The notes beneath the pieces were generated by a model. That model was given only the letters and a program-made list of their open reading frames with translations, did no database searches and was not told the DNA's origin. From a bacterium (GTDB taxonomy: Bacteria > Zhuqueibacterota > Zhuqueibacteria > Oceanimicrobiales > Oceanimicrobiaceae), in the NCBI GenBank assembly GCA_046757025.1, contig JBHHXN010000065.1:1-25692 (forward strand): a stretch of DNA of 25,692 nucleotides, written 5' to 3'. Position 1 is the first letter of the stretch. Every line of letters begins with the position of its first letter. The translations under genes and the position numbers were made by a program. This document shows, in pieces, positions 1 through 9,262 of this stretch.

Positions 1-71
1 TCCCGATGAGCTTGTCCCTGCATGTTTTAAGCAGGGAGCACTCGGGAATGACGATCCCGGATGGACTCTAT

Positions 72-1775
72 TTAGTCTCGCTTTTTCTTCCGCACGGAAT
101 GCACTTTAACCAGGTACAGCGGCAGAAAAAAGAAAAGGAAATTCAGCATGGTGTTGACTGGCCTGCGCATATTGGGATTCTGAATCGAAGTGACTTCAAC
201 CGCCCCTTTATCATCACCGCATCCGCCTTTAACTTCAAATGTGAAATGGTTGTCGCGCGTTTCGTTGCCATCGCTGTCAGTTGCTTTGACAAAATAAGTA
301 ATGGTCGTACCCTTTGGCTGTCCTGGAATCTCAGCGCGGTAGTGGTCATCGCCGATAGAGACCATATCATTTGTCACCCCGGCTTGGCCAGAAACCTGGT
401 ATGTGAGTTGAGCCGATGCGATGCCCGTGTCGTCAACGATGTCCGCATCGACTACATAAGGGCCGGTTTCGTTTTTTGTGTTGTCCAGCCGCTTTGTGAA
501 GATGATCGGATTGGTCGATAGGGCTTTGAATACGTTCAACCTGCCGCCGGTTGCGACTTTACCGGTGTAGTCGGACTTTCTATCAACCGAACCCAGCAGA
601 CGAATCTTGACCTGATTGCTGCTAATTCCTGGATATTGCGCCCAGACCAGCGCGGCAGCCCCACTGACGTGCGGTGTTGCCATTGAAGTACCAGAGAATC
701 GAGAGTAGCGATTGTTTCTCACCGTGCTGAGAATATCTGTGCCGGGAGCAGTTAGGTCAACAGATTTTTTGCCGTAATTAGAACGACTCGAGAGCTTATC
801 GTTCCTGGTGTTGTTTGCCACGGCAATAACATTCTCTACTTCATAACCAGCAGGATAAGTGGGAATGTTATCTGTGTTCCGACCTTCATTACCGGCCGCA
901 GCTACGAACAGAACGCCCCGATCTCTGGCAAATTTGATAGCGTCTTCAAGGGCTTGTGAGCGCCCGCCGCCGCCCCAACTGTTACTCAGAACTTTTGCTC
1001 CCATGTTCGTCGCGTAGATAATCGCTGCAACCGCGTCATCTGTGGTCCCGCTGCCCTCGGAGCCCAAAAACTTGAGCGGCATGATCGATACTTCCCAGTT
1101 GACTCCAACAATGCCGATTCCGTTGTTACCCACAGCGCCAATTGTACCAGAGACGTGGGTACCATGATTATTGTCGTCATTGGGATCATTGTCGTCATTG
1201 ATGAAATCCCATCCCTGGTAATCATCTATGAAACCGTTGCTGTCATCGTCAATGCCGTTGCTTTCCTTACCGTCGCCGCTTTCGCCCGGATTTCTCCACA
1301 TATTGGCTTCGAGGTCCACGTGTTGCATTTCGACGCCGGTGTCGATGACCCCCACAATATTCGCTCTATTCCCTGTTTGCATGTCCCACGCTTGCGGAGC
1401 AGAAATCATGACCAGGTTCCATAGGTCAGGAAAGCTTGGATCGTTTGGGTCTCTGAATGTATGATAGATGTAATTCGGTTCCGCATATTCGACATTAGCC
1501 TGTGCTCTTAATTCAGCTACTGCTTTAGTCACGGTTTTGTCGCCAGCGATTGTGCATTTGTAGACAGAAATATCACTAAATTGCTGGGTAATCTGAATTC
1601 CTGCAGTTGAAAAGATACTGGTGATCGATGCCGAGGGAACCTCCGTTTTGAATTTCACGATCACTTCTCCGGGGCGATATTCAGCCTGCTTTGATTGGCC
1701 ATTTATAGTGGTGTTGAATAAGAAAGATAGTGCGATGATAATCCCGAAACTCATGGATTTGCTTTTGAACTCCAT
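72..1775 (-). CDS. Secreted S8 family serine peptidase (subtilase) with N-terminal propeptide, C-terminal beta-domain and a membrane anchor/sorting tail
   Basis: Catalytic triad motifs VIDTG, HGTHVSG and GTSMATP; oxyanion AAAGN; N-terminal hydrophobic signal; GGAG RBS upstream; C-terminus GGCG...hydrophobic stretch...RKKKRD. Confidence 0.95.
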   Translation of the reverse strand: MEFKSKSMSFGIIIALSFLFNTTINGQSKQAEYRPGEVIVKFKTEVPSASITSIFSTAGIQITQQFSDISVYKCTIAGDKTVTKAVAELRAQANVEYAEPNYIYHTFRDPNDPSFPDLWNLVMISAPQAWDMQTGNRANIVGVIDTGVEMQHVDLEANMWRNPGESGDGKESNGIDDDSNGFIDDYQGWDFINDDNDPNDDNNHGTHVSGTIGAVGNNGIGIVGVNWEVSIMPLKFLGSEGSGTTDDAVAAIIYATNMGAKVLSNSWGGGGRSQALEDAIKFARDRGVLFVAAAGNEGRNTDNIPTYPAGYEVENVIAVANNTRNDKLSSRSNYGKKSVDLTAPGTDILSTVRNNRYSRFSGTSMATPHVSGAAALVWAQYPGISSNQVKIRLLGSVDRKSDYTGKVATGGRLNVFKALSTNPIIFTKRLDNTKNETGPYVVDADIVDDTGIASAQLTYQVSGQAGVTNDMVSIGDDHYRAEIPGQPKGTTITYFVKATDSDGNETRDNHFTFEVKGGCGDDKGAVEVTSIQNPNMRRPVNTMLNFLFFFLPLYLVKVHSVRKKKRD

Positions 1776-1900
1776 GGCAGTCTCCTTTTTAAATGATTGG
1801 TATGTTTTTTAATGTTGCGGTTGAGCGAGGTGGCTTTAACATCTTTTTTAACATTTCTCACTTCAATAAGCTGATAAAACTATCATATAAACAAGGTCTT

Positions 1901-2010
1901 AATGTCATTCTGGAAGAATCTTTTTAGTTCTAAGAAATGAGTATTGAAGTAGCACCTGTGCTTAAAATCAAATGGATTCCTCCTACCAGTCCCGCAAGGC
2001 GGGGAATGAC
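1901..2010. repeat. GTCAT...ATGAC REP-like inverted pair; the right copy carries an extra CCCGCAAGGCGGG hairpin
   Basis: GTCATTCTGGAAGAATC (1904-1920) faces GATTCCTCC...GAATGAC (ending 2010); 1901-1926 is the exact reverse complement of 6383-6408. Confidence 0.75.
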
Positions 2011-2041
2011 AGTTACGGTAAACTTTTTTTGACCGTAACTG
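2010..2041. terminator. Hairpin, possible intrinsic terminator
   Basis: CAGTTACGGT / ACCGTAACTG perfect 10-bp inverted repeat; no clear U-tract. Confidence 0.35.
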
Positions 2042-2378
2042 AAGGGAGAAATGTTAGGTCTTTATATATAACAAGAGAGAATAATGAGTGTAAATCTCTC
2101 AAAACGAGAACACTTTTACTATCAAGTCCTTGCAGGATCTTTCCATCAAAAGTCGTTTGATTTTCTTGGAGTGGTTAACATGATAGTCGCTGAATGCAAT
2201 TGCGTCTTCTGGACGCATTTCGTATTGAAATTCTTTCATAACAATAGGCCTGCAAGATAAGATTAGTTTTCCTAACATAATCGACAAATCCCCCTTACTA
2301 AAAATTTAATGATGCCGGTTCGATTTTACGTAACCTGATTAATTCAAAAATTCACGGTTTATGGTCAGCATAAATCCG

Positions 2379-2451
2379 GTTGTCACTCAGGAGGAGTCTT
2401 TTTATTAAAGTAAACTGCTGTTAATTAAAAGGATTCCTCCTGAATGACAAC
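2379..2451. repeat. GTCA(T/C)...ATGAC REP-like inverted pair (REPIN-like)
   Basis: GTTGTCACTCAGGAGGAGTCTTTTT vs AAAAGGATTCCTCCTGAATGACAAC, 25-bp arms with 3 mismatches; outer AAAAATTCAC/GTGAATTTTT inverted repeat at about 2346 and 2467. Confidence 0.75.
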
Positions 2452-2598
2452 GAAGTTGTGAATTTTTCAGGGTAAATGAATTTTCATGATATTTCATCCC
2501 AACCCGTCGGTTTTTTTTGTTTTCGATATGGCCGATTGCTATACACAGCCACTCTTGTGGAGCGATTTATTGCAAAACGTCGCTTTGTTTTATTAGCG

Positions 2599-2664
2599 AA
2601 CCCCGTAGGGGTGGTATATTTATAGAAATGTTCAATCCTAAATCCCCAAAACCCTGTAGGGGTG
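2599..2664. repeat. Direct pair of short palindromic REP-like units AACCC(C/T)GTAGGGGTG
   Basis: Copies at 2599-2613 and 2650-2664, each with an ACCCC-GTA-GGGGT type hairpin. Confidence 0.7.
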
Positions 2665-2939
2665 AAATCTTGCTGCAACGTAAAATCAAACCTGCACCCT
2701 GAGATTAAATTTAATAACTCTCTGCAAGGCTTCGAGTGAATGACCTTACAAACTCATTCAGGTTTTTTCAGTGAAGAATAGTGTATGATTGGTTATCAAA
2801 CAGATCATCAACTCCACCCTCCGTTTAGAGTGGCTGAACATTCATCTTGTGAAGGATACGTATTGTTTTTAAAACGCTGGTACTAAGTGTGGCGTCGGTG
2901 TGGAGAAGAAGTGCCGGAATGCGTTCCAGCGTTAGAATT

Positions 2940-2968
2940 ATAATAATAATCCCTTTTGGGAAATGCAA
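2940..2968 (-). promoter_or_regulatory. Putative sigma70-type promoter
   Basis: Minus strand reads TTGCAT-17 nt-TATTAT. Confidence 0.45.
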
Positions 2969-2990
2969 GCAAAAAAAGTAGCGCCGATCC

Positions 2991-3023
2991 ATACCTTCCA
3001 GGTCTTAAAGACCTGGAAGGTAT
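2991..3023. repeat. Perfect 33-bp palindrome overlapping the stop codon of the PQQ-like gene
   Basis: ATACCTTCCAGGTCTT-A-AAGACCTGGAAGGTAT, 16-bp perfect arms. Confidence 0.9.
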
Positions 3024-4399
3024 TCTGCATCAGAAATACAGTACAAATGTGTGGCCGTGCGCAGAAAGAGCTGCGAGCCGCTAGCGATCGGCGAAGACAG
3101 GGTGTAGCTGCCGTCGAGCTCATTGGTGGCCAGCAGCTTGAACTCCCCGCCTGCTGCCAGCACCGTACTCACCGCCTGTTCGTTGATGATGTAGAGCTTG
3201 CCATCGGCCAGCAGCGGCGAGGCACTGACAATACCCTGCACCGTGCGCTGCGGCCCCCAGACCACTTCGCCGGTTTTGGCGTCAAGACAGATGACTCTGC
3301 CGCGGTCATCCACCATGTAGAAATGCTTGCCGTCGCACACCGGCGTGGGCACGTCGGTGGCCGCTTCTCCGGCCCATTTCCAGGCCAGGTGACTCGTGCT
3401 AACATCGCCTTTGCCGCCGGCCCGCAAAGCCAACAAGGGCTTCCTGCGCGTGGGAGCATAGACTATACCGTCCACGACCATGGGCGAGGCCACGATACGG
3501 TAATTTCTACGCTTCTGAGGATTCAAGCCACCTGCCCGCCAGATTTCCGTACCGCTTTCCGGATCGTGACCGGTCACGTAGTCGCCGCCGGTGATCACGA
3601 TTTGGGATTGGCTGTCATGCTGCAGCAAAGCCGGCGTGGTGTAGGCATCGGGGGATTCTGCCAAAGCGTCGGTGGGCCGTTCCTGTCGCCAGAGCTCCTT
3701 CCCCGACAGGGCATCAAATGCTACCACATAAGAAGGGTCGTCGGTGCGGTACCCCTGCAGCACCTGAATGAACAGCTTGCTGTTGTACAGCAGCGGCGAG
3801 GAAGCGTAACCCCAGTTCAAACCGAACCGCCCATAGTCCTCCTGCAGGTTGCGCTGCCAGAGCTGCTTGCCGTCCATATCGAAGGCCGTCACCGCACCGG
3901 TGCCCGTGACCACCCAGACGTGCCGGCCATCGGTGACCGGCGAAGGCGACGAATTATTTTGTTTGCGGTGCAGCCGGTTGCCTTTGTCCAGGTCGCGCTG
4001 CCAGAGGATGCGACCATCTTTTTTGGAGAGACAAATCAGCAGCAGCGTGTCGCCGCCGGGATTGCGTGCCTGTCCACGAGACCTGCGGCGGCCGCGCGTT
4101 TCCTGCTGCGATTCTTTAGGCGGCATCTTTGCAGCCGGTTCGGCTTTGCTGGGCGAAGTCACAAAGATCCGATCACCCCAGATGATGGGGGTGCCGCCGC
4201 TCCAGGCCGGCAGCGGCGTCTTCCAGACGATATTCTCGGTAGCGCTCCAGGTCGTGGGCAGATTTTTTGCCGAGCTGACGCCGTTTTGAGCCGGGCCGCG
4301 CCATTGCGGCCAGTTATCCTGTGCCCGGGTTTCACACACCTTGATGCTTATGAGCATCGTAAGCGTCAACACGAAAAATGAAATGCTTCTTGCCATCAT
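3005..4399 (-). CDS. PQQ-binding-like beta-propeller repeat protein (BamB-like fold), secreted
   Basis: Signal peptide followed by NWPQWRGP; repeated A/C-x-D-xx-G-xxxW docking motifs (AFDALSGKELW, CLDAKTGEVVW); GGAGG RBS. Confidence 0.9.
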   Translation of the reverse strand: MMARSISFFVLTLTMLISIKVCETRAQDNWPQWRGPAQNGVSSAKNLPTTWSATENIVWKTPLPAWSGGTPIIWGDRIFVTSPSKAEPAAKMPPKESQQETRGRRRSRGQARNPGGDTLLLICLSKKDGRILWQRDLDKGNRLHRKQNNSSPSPVTDGRHVWVVTGTGAVTAFDMDGKQLWQRNLQEDYGRFGLNWGYASSPLLYNSKLFIQVLQGYRTDDPSYVVAFDALSGKELWRQERPTDALAESPDAYTTPALLQHDSQSQIVITGGDYVTGHDPESGTEIWRAGGLNPQKRRNYRIVASPMVVDGIVYAPTRRKPLLALRAGGKGDVSTSHLAWKWAGEAATDVPTPVCDGKHFYMVDDRGRVICLDAKTGEVVWGPQRTVQGIVSASPLLADGKLYIINEQAVSTVLAAGGEFKLLATNELDGSYTLSSPIASGSQLFLRTATHLYCISDAEYLPGL

Positions 4400-4533
4400 T
4401 TTCCCTCCGGAATGACTTGGTACATTTTAGTTGTATTTACATAAACAAATGCGAACAAATTTTGAAAAGTTATTTTTGTCTGCCTGTAATTCTCAAATTA
4501 TTTAGTGCCTGAACGAAAACTCACCTAACGCCC

Positions 4534-4604
4534 TGTCATTGCGAATTCCGCGGTGTGTGCGGGACGAAGCAATCACCTGCCGTAATTAAAACGGAGATTG
4601 CTTC
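4534..4604. repeat. GTCATTGCG...GAAGCAATC / GATTGCTTC REP-like element, right half truncated
   Basis: TGTCATTGCGAA...GAAGCAATC followed by its inverted partner GATTGCTTC at 4596-4604. Confidence 0.6.
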
Positions 4605-4651
4605 TCTGAGAAGTCCAGAAAGCATTCAGGACAATGCAGCCGGCTTTGCAT

Positions 4652-6175
4652 TTAAAAATCATCGCGATAGGTGATCTCACCCAGGGGGCTCACCAGGGCC
4701 ATGCGCAACCAGTCCGGGCGGGTGGACTCCAGAAAATGGTCGTTGAGCTCGTCGCGGGTGGCTTTGTGCATGAGCTCGAAGGCTTCGCCGGCTTCTTTGG
4801 TTTTCCAGAATTCCGCGGTACCGATGCCCAGTGGCTGGTTGGGGCAAATGGCGAACACCGACACCAGCTCTTTCGTCGCCGGATCTTTTTGACGAGCTTT
4901 TTCATTGTACAACCGGGTCATTTTCATGGAATCGCGCTCCAGCACGCCCTGGCGCACATCCATGACCCGGAACACGCGTTTTGAAATCGATTTGTGATCC
5001 ACTTCCGCAAAAAAGGAAGCATTCAATGGCAGCACAAACAAAAGATTGCACTGCTCAATGGCAGTGCCAAAGCGCAGCGGCAAGTTATCCACCACGCCGC
5101 CGTCTTCAAACCACTCATTGTCGATGAACATGTACGGAAACATGGGCGGTAGGTCCATGGAAGCAAACACCGCTATTTTCATGCGCTCCAGCACATCCAC
5201 GCCGTCTTTGTGTTCGATGAGCTCGTAATCGGAAGTGGGTACGACGGCCTCGGCGCCTTCCACTCTACCTTGGTGCCATTTCGGCCGGGTCATTTGCGGC
5301 AGTTTGACATTGTTAGTGGCAAACTCCAGTCGCCCGGACCCGACATTGGAACGCGTCAGATAAAAATGCATGGCCTCTTCGGGATTTTCAAACAGCCGCT
5401 GCATCAGCGCTTCCTTGACCTCGGGGGTTTCCACAAACATGGCATCAAACGTGTTCTTCCAGGGACTGGTGTGTAGAAAATAATTTTTGGTCATGGGCAG
5501 GTAGGAGGAAAATTCGATCACTCGCTTGATATCAATGGCTTTCCACCAGTTTTCGTGGGCGCTCTGCTCATCTCTGGCGGGCGATTTCACCAGACCCGCC
5601 AGCCAGAACATGGCATTCCAGGAGCCGATGGAAGTGCCCGAAATCATTTTCACTTTATTGAGCATGTTGTTTTGCTCCAGAAAATCGTGAATGGCTTTCA
5701 TGGCGCCGGCCTGATATGCTCCTTTGGCGCCGCCGCCCGCTAATATTATGCCGATCCGTAAATCGGTGAGGCCGCGGGCCTCCATGAACTGCTGGATCAC
5801 GGCGCCGTCGCCGTTTTCGGGAGGAGCGGGTGCGTGTGTGAACACATCTGGAATTTTGCGGGTTTTCCGATCCACAAGAGCCGCCACGTTATAACTCAGC
5901 AACACACCGGCCAATAAAATGATCACCGCGATCAAGCCCTCCATGAAAACCGGTATGGGCGCGTAGAGGTAACCGATGAATCCGCTGCCACCGGCATCCA
6001 CAATAAACGACGGTAGCAGATGCTTGAGCACGGCGTCGGCGATGGTACTCAGATCAAAGAATTTCAAGATGGACGAAACAATGAACAGCCAGATAAGCAT
6101 CGTCAAAATAAAAGAGCCTGTGAACGCCAGGGTGAGCCGTTTGGTCCAGGTTATGATGAATTTGATCAAGTTCAT
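4652..6175 (-). CDS. Patatin-like phospholipase with N-terminal transmembrane helices
   Basis: Glycine-rich GGGAKG, nucleophile GTSIG and DGG catalytic-Asp motif; two hydrophobic segments in the first ~100 aa; AAGGAGG RBS. Confidence 0.9.
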   Translation of the reverse strand: MNLIKFIITWTKRLTLAFTGSFILTMLIWLFIVSSILKFFDLSTIADAVLKHLLPSFIVDAGGSGFIGYLYAPIPVFMEGLIAVIILLAGVLLSYNVAALVDRKTRKIPDVFTHAPAPPENGDGAVIQQFMEARGLTDLRIGIILAGGGAKGAYQAGAMKAIHDFLEQNNMLNKVKMISGTSIGSWNAMFWLAGLVKSPARDEQSAHENWWKAIDIKRVIEFSSYLPMTKNYFLHTSPWKNTFDAMFVETPEVKEALMQRLFENPEEAMHFYLTRSNVGSGRLEFATNNVKLPQMTRPKWHQGRVEGAEAVVPTSDYELIEHKDGVDVLERMKIAVFASMDLPPMFPYMFIDNEWFEDGGVVDNLPLRFGTAIEQCNLLFVLPLNASFFAEVDHKSISKRVFRVMDVRQGVLERDSMKMTRLYNEKARQKDPATKELVSVFAICPNQPLGIGTAEFWKTKEAGEAFELMHKATRDELNDHFLESTRPDWLRMALVSPLGEITYRDDF

Positions 6176-6334
6176 TTTTATTCCCTCCTTGAAAGAGTTA
6201 ACGAATTCAATTAAATTAATTGCAAAAGATCATTTTGAAAAGCGAAGACCAGGCCGGTGTTCACGCTTCAGTTTGCTATCACACCTTGCATCGGCAAGTT
6301 AACAGACTGTGTTTAAACAAAAAAACGTCGCATC

Positions 6335-6408
6335 TGTCATTCTTTAGGAATCATTAAAAACCTGGCGTAAAGGGCTGTTTATTAAAAAGATTCTTCCAGA
6401 ATGACATT
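6335..6408. repeat. GTCAT...ATGAC REP-like inverted pair
   Basis: TGTCATTCTTTAGGAATC vs GATTCTTCCAGAATGACA; the right arm is an identical inverted copy of 1901-1926. Confidence 0.75.
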
Positions 6409-6884
6409 AGGGTAAGCAGAGTTTAGAATTGTCGCAATTGTGCTTTGCACTCATTCTGTAATGCTTGAACACCGTGTCGACTGTGGGTTGTTTGGAGCAC
6501 ACCTCGTCAATAAGTGCCTGGATCCGGTGCAAAATATCCTGCAGGTAATTGAGCTGTTTCACGAATATGGGTAAGAAATCGTATCTATGAGAAATGCTGA
6601 TTTCAATTAGCGAACCCCTGTCGACCTCATCCGCAGCCAATGGGTGGTCCCCACTGTGCGCTTGCAAATATATGAAATTTAAAATCCGTTTTCAATCTTT
6701 ACGCGATGATTCGACGATTTTTTTAAACTGAAGCAGGCTAATCCGCAACGTTAGAACCTGTGTTTGCAACGCATTTTCATTTATTAGAATTAGCGCGGGC
6801 TGAGCGAGCGGTCATTTTCGTAGATCGTGTGTGGTGTGTTTTTTTGAACAAAGACGATTCTTGCTCAGAAGATTCGGCAGGCCA

Positions 6885-6910
6885 GTTCGGGTGATCACGC
6901 TTCAGCGTGA
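6885..6910. repeat. GGTG(T/A)TCACGCTTCAGCGTG REP-like unit (family also at 6255-6275 and 8311-8364)
   Basis: TCACGCT-TC-AGCGTGA hairpin downstream of the 6964-8199 gene. Confidence 0.6.
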
Positions 6911-6963
6911 CCGTTCTCCCCTCTTCCCTCACAAGCTAAAGCTCGAACAGCCTTCCCTGCGGT

Positions 6964-8199
6964 CTATTTTAGCACCACCAGTCTTTTGACATTGTTGGAG
7001 GCTTTGAACGCCTGGGATTCCAATTTATAAAAATAAACCCCGTTGGGCAAATCGCTGGCGTCGAATTCCACTGCGTGCTCACCTGCGGATTTAAACTCAT
7101 CCAGCACCACTGCCACCTCCTGCCCCAGTAAATCGTAAATTCTCAGCGTAACGTGTGAAGCCGCGGGTAAAGAAAATTCAATGCGGGTCACCGGGTTAAA
7201 CGGATTGGGAAAATTTTGAGCCAGACGAAACGTTAACGGATGGTTTTCCTGCCGGCTCACGAAAGTGGTGTTGAGTCGCGGATAAAAAGACAGGTGCGCC
7301 GGAATGCCGGCCAGCTCTTCACTCACCGTGTAATATCCCATGCCATCCGCCTGCCAGCAAATACTCTCTCCCTGCGGTTCAATTGTGTAAGGTAACGAAA
7401 TCGGCTGTCGCTCAAAAGCCTGCCACAATGTCTGCTCGGGCGTGCGGCTCCAGTAATAAACCGTGGAATAATTTTTTATGAGTATTTCCAGACCGGATGG
7501 GGAAATGTCCCCGGCCACTGCCAGTGTGAAGTTGAGAACCGCTACCTGCTGCAGAAGATTAGTCTCGCTGGTGGACTGCGGGTAGGCCCCCCGATACACG
7601 CGCACCCGACTCTCCCGCTTGCTCACGATGTAGAGATCGCGGGTGAGTGGGTCGAGCATGAGCGTCTCGGCGTCTCGTTTGCCGTCCGGAAACTGAAAGG
7701 CGATGCGTTCCACCCCTTGCAAAGTGACTTCCACCGGCGACTGACCCGCCCGCACCTCGGGCTCCGGCACGCGATAAACGACTTTCAATTCGTGCTGTGC
7801 GTTGTTATCTCCGATGTCTCCGAGATAGAGATAATCCTGCCCCGCCACGGGTCCGGGCCCAATGGCGATATCTTCCCAATCCCGGGCCGCGGCGCCAGCG
7901 AGGAGGTACACCCCCAGATGTTTTCCACGATCATTCATAGCGAACACGCGGGCTTCACCGCCCGAATCGTTGTGCGTCCACAGAACCTCGGGATTTTTAC
8001 GGCTGGCCACCAGACCTGAAGCTTCGTCGATGGCGTCAAATTCAATTCGGCCGCGATCCTGGCGTTCTCCAAACTTCGGTTCGCCAGCAAAGAGGTCAAC
8101 GAACAAAGCGGCCAGCAGTAATACCTGCGCTGTTTTGATGGGATTTGTGATTGACTTGAACCAAATCAGGCGTCGTAAAAAAATATTTCTCAAACTCAT
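6964..8199 (-). CDS. Secreted putative beta-propeller protein with C-terminal T9SS type-A/FlgD-Ig-like sorting domain
   Basis: N-terminal EASGL, WTHNDSG, DWEDIA, GDIGDN and DAETL motifs; C-terminal FRLAQNFPNPFNP...IYDLLGQEV...LPNGVYFYKL...KRLVVLK; exact start uncertain (ATG at 8199 chosen). Confidence 0.85.
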   Translation of the reverse strand: MSLRNIFLRRLIWFKSITNPIKTAQVLLLAALFVDLFAGEPKFGERQDRGRIEFDAIDEASGLVASRKNPEVLWTHNDSGGEARVFAMNDRGKHLGVYLLAGAAARDWEDIAIGPGPVAGQDYLYLGDIGDNNAQHELKVVYRVPEPEVRAGQSPVEVTLQGVERIAFQFPDGKRDAETLMLDPLTRDLYIVSKRESRVRVYRGAYPQSTSETNLLQQVAVLNFTLAVAGDISPSGLEILIKNYSTVYYWSRTPEQTLWQAFERQPISLPYTIEPQGESICWQADGMGYYTVSEELAGIPAHLSFYPRLNTTFVSRQENHPLTFRLAQNFPNPFNPVTRIEFSLPAASHVTLRIYDLLGQEVAVVLDEFKSAGEHAVEFDASDLPNGVYFYKLESQAFKASNNVKRLVVLK

Positions 8200-8310
8200 T
8201 AACACACTTTAAATAAAATAAATGTAATCTGGATTTTATAATCAGAAAAAAAAATAATAACAGCAACCCATTTCTTAACCTGAATTCTTCATACAAAAGA
8301 GAGCGAACCT

Positions 8311-8364
8311 GTTGGGTGTTCAGCCTTTAGGCTGCCAGGACACGCTGAAGCGTGAACACCGAAC
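8311..8364. repeat. Inverted pair of REP-like units (REPIN/BIME-like)
   Basis: GGTGTTCAGCCTTTAGGCTG ... CACGCTGAAGCGTGAACACC; each unit has its own hairpin and the outer GGTGTTCA/TGAACACC ends are complementary. Confidence 0.75.
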
Positions 8365-8455
8365 GTGCTTATCAATACTCAGTTTTTCGATTTTGAGCGT
8401 AAAATCCTGGTTTGTGAATAATCCAAATTGAATAACTTTTGAATGCGGTTATCGT

Positions 8456-9262
8456 TCATGCGGCGCTGGTCGCCTCTTCGATCAGGTAATAAACGCCGGT
8501 GGAAAGAAAATCCCTCAAAATGGGAATGCGGCTGAGAAACCGAAATTGCCGTCGCCCTTTGATGCCAAACTTTACTTCATAGATGGGATTAAACAGGAAG
8601 AACTCTCTTTTTTTTATCTGCCAGCACGTTTTCGAAAGCAGGCGTTCCAATTTCCGGGTGGACAAGCGCGTGTCATAAATCTCCATCAGCACGCCAATTT
8701 GAACATCCGTTTCCCCGAACAAGTTGAGAATCCCCCGATAAATGGGCTTGGGCAGAATGTGAAACCACGGTAAGAATTTCAAGAGGGAGCCGGCTAACTG
8801 CTGGTGTCCACCGAACGGGTTGTGCCAGGGCGGAAAGGCCAGAAACACCGCGCCGCCCTTTCGGAGGAATTGGTGCAGTACCGCTAAAATCCTTTCCTGG
8901 TCAGGAATGTGCTCGATGGCATCCTTTAAAACGATCAAATCCATCTGCCCTTTGAATTGGGCGAATTTTTCGGTGTCATGAATGTCGCCGGCCAGAAACG
9001 TGATGAGACCGCCGGCTTCATCATCCTTGAAAAGGTTTTTGGCATGTTCGATACGCGCTTGCGATAATTCGATGCCGACCCCTTTGAAGCCGTGCTCGGC
9101 AAACGCTTTTAACACCCCGCCTTCTCCACTGCCAATTTCTAAAACCGTCCCGTTCGCTGGCAGGCGGTGGTGCTTCAAAATAAAGGGTAGGATGTGATTC
9201 TTCGTGGTCAGATATTGCTGCTGCCATTTGGCGGCCGCATCAGAATGAAATGCGTAAGGCAT
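8456..9262 (-). CDS. Class I SAM-dependent methyltransferase
   Basis: Motif I VLEIGSGEGG, DLIVLKDAIEHI and FPPWHNPFGGHQ; start moved to ATG 9262 (MPYAF), overlapping the end of the upstream gene. Confidence 0.9.
   Translation of the reverse strand: MPYAFHSDAAAKWQQQYLTTKNHILPFILKHHRLPANGTVLEIGSGEGGVLKAFAEHGFKGVGIELSQARIEHAKNLFKDDEAGGLITFLAGDIHDTEKFAQFKGQMDLIVLKDAIEHIPDQERILAVLHQFLRKGGAVFLAFPPWHNPFGGHQQLAGSLLKFLPWFHILPKPIYRGILNLFGETDVQIGVLMEIYDTRLSTRKLERLLSKTCWQIKKREFFLFNPIYEVKFGIKGRRQFRFLSRIPILRDFLSTGVYYLIEEATSAA

Noticed and set aside
2099..2287. Short ORF with MKEFQYEMRPEDAIAFSDYH, possibly the N-terminal remnant of a membrane (YcxB-like) gene
   Set aside because: Resemblance is too weak to support without a search; it sits between two repeat elements and has no clear continuation.
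1901..2664. Clustered palindromic repeats as a CRISPR array
   Set aside because: Repeats are inverted pairs from different families with irregular spacing, and there are no cas genes.
2963..4381. 472-aa plus-strand ORF
   Set aside because: Antisense shadow of the well-supported PQQ-like gene with no recognisable motifs. The same applies to the other antisense or overlapping ORFs (e.g. 6-521, 17454-18179, 19375-19995).
6407..6667. 86-aa minus-strand ORF
   Set aside because: TTG start, no RBS, no recognisable motif, and it ends at a repeat element.
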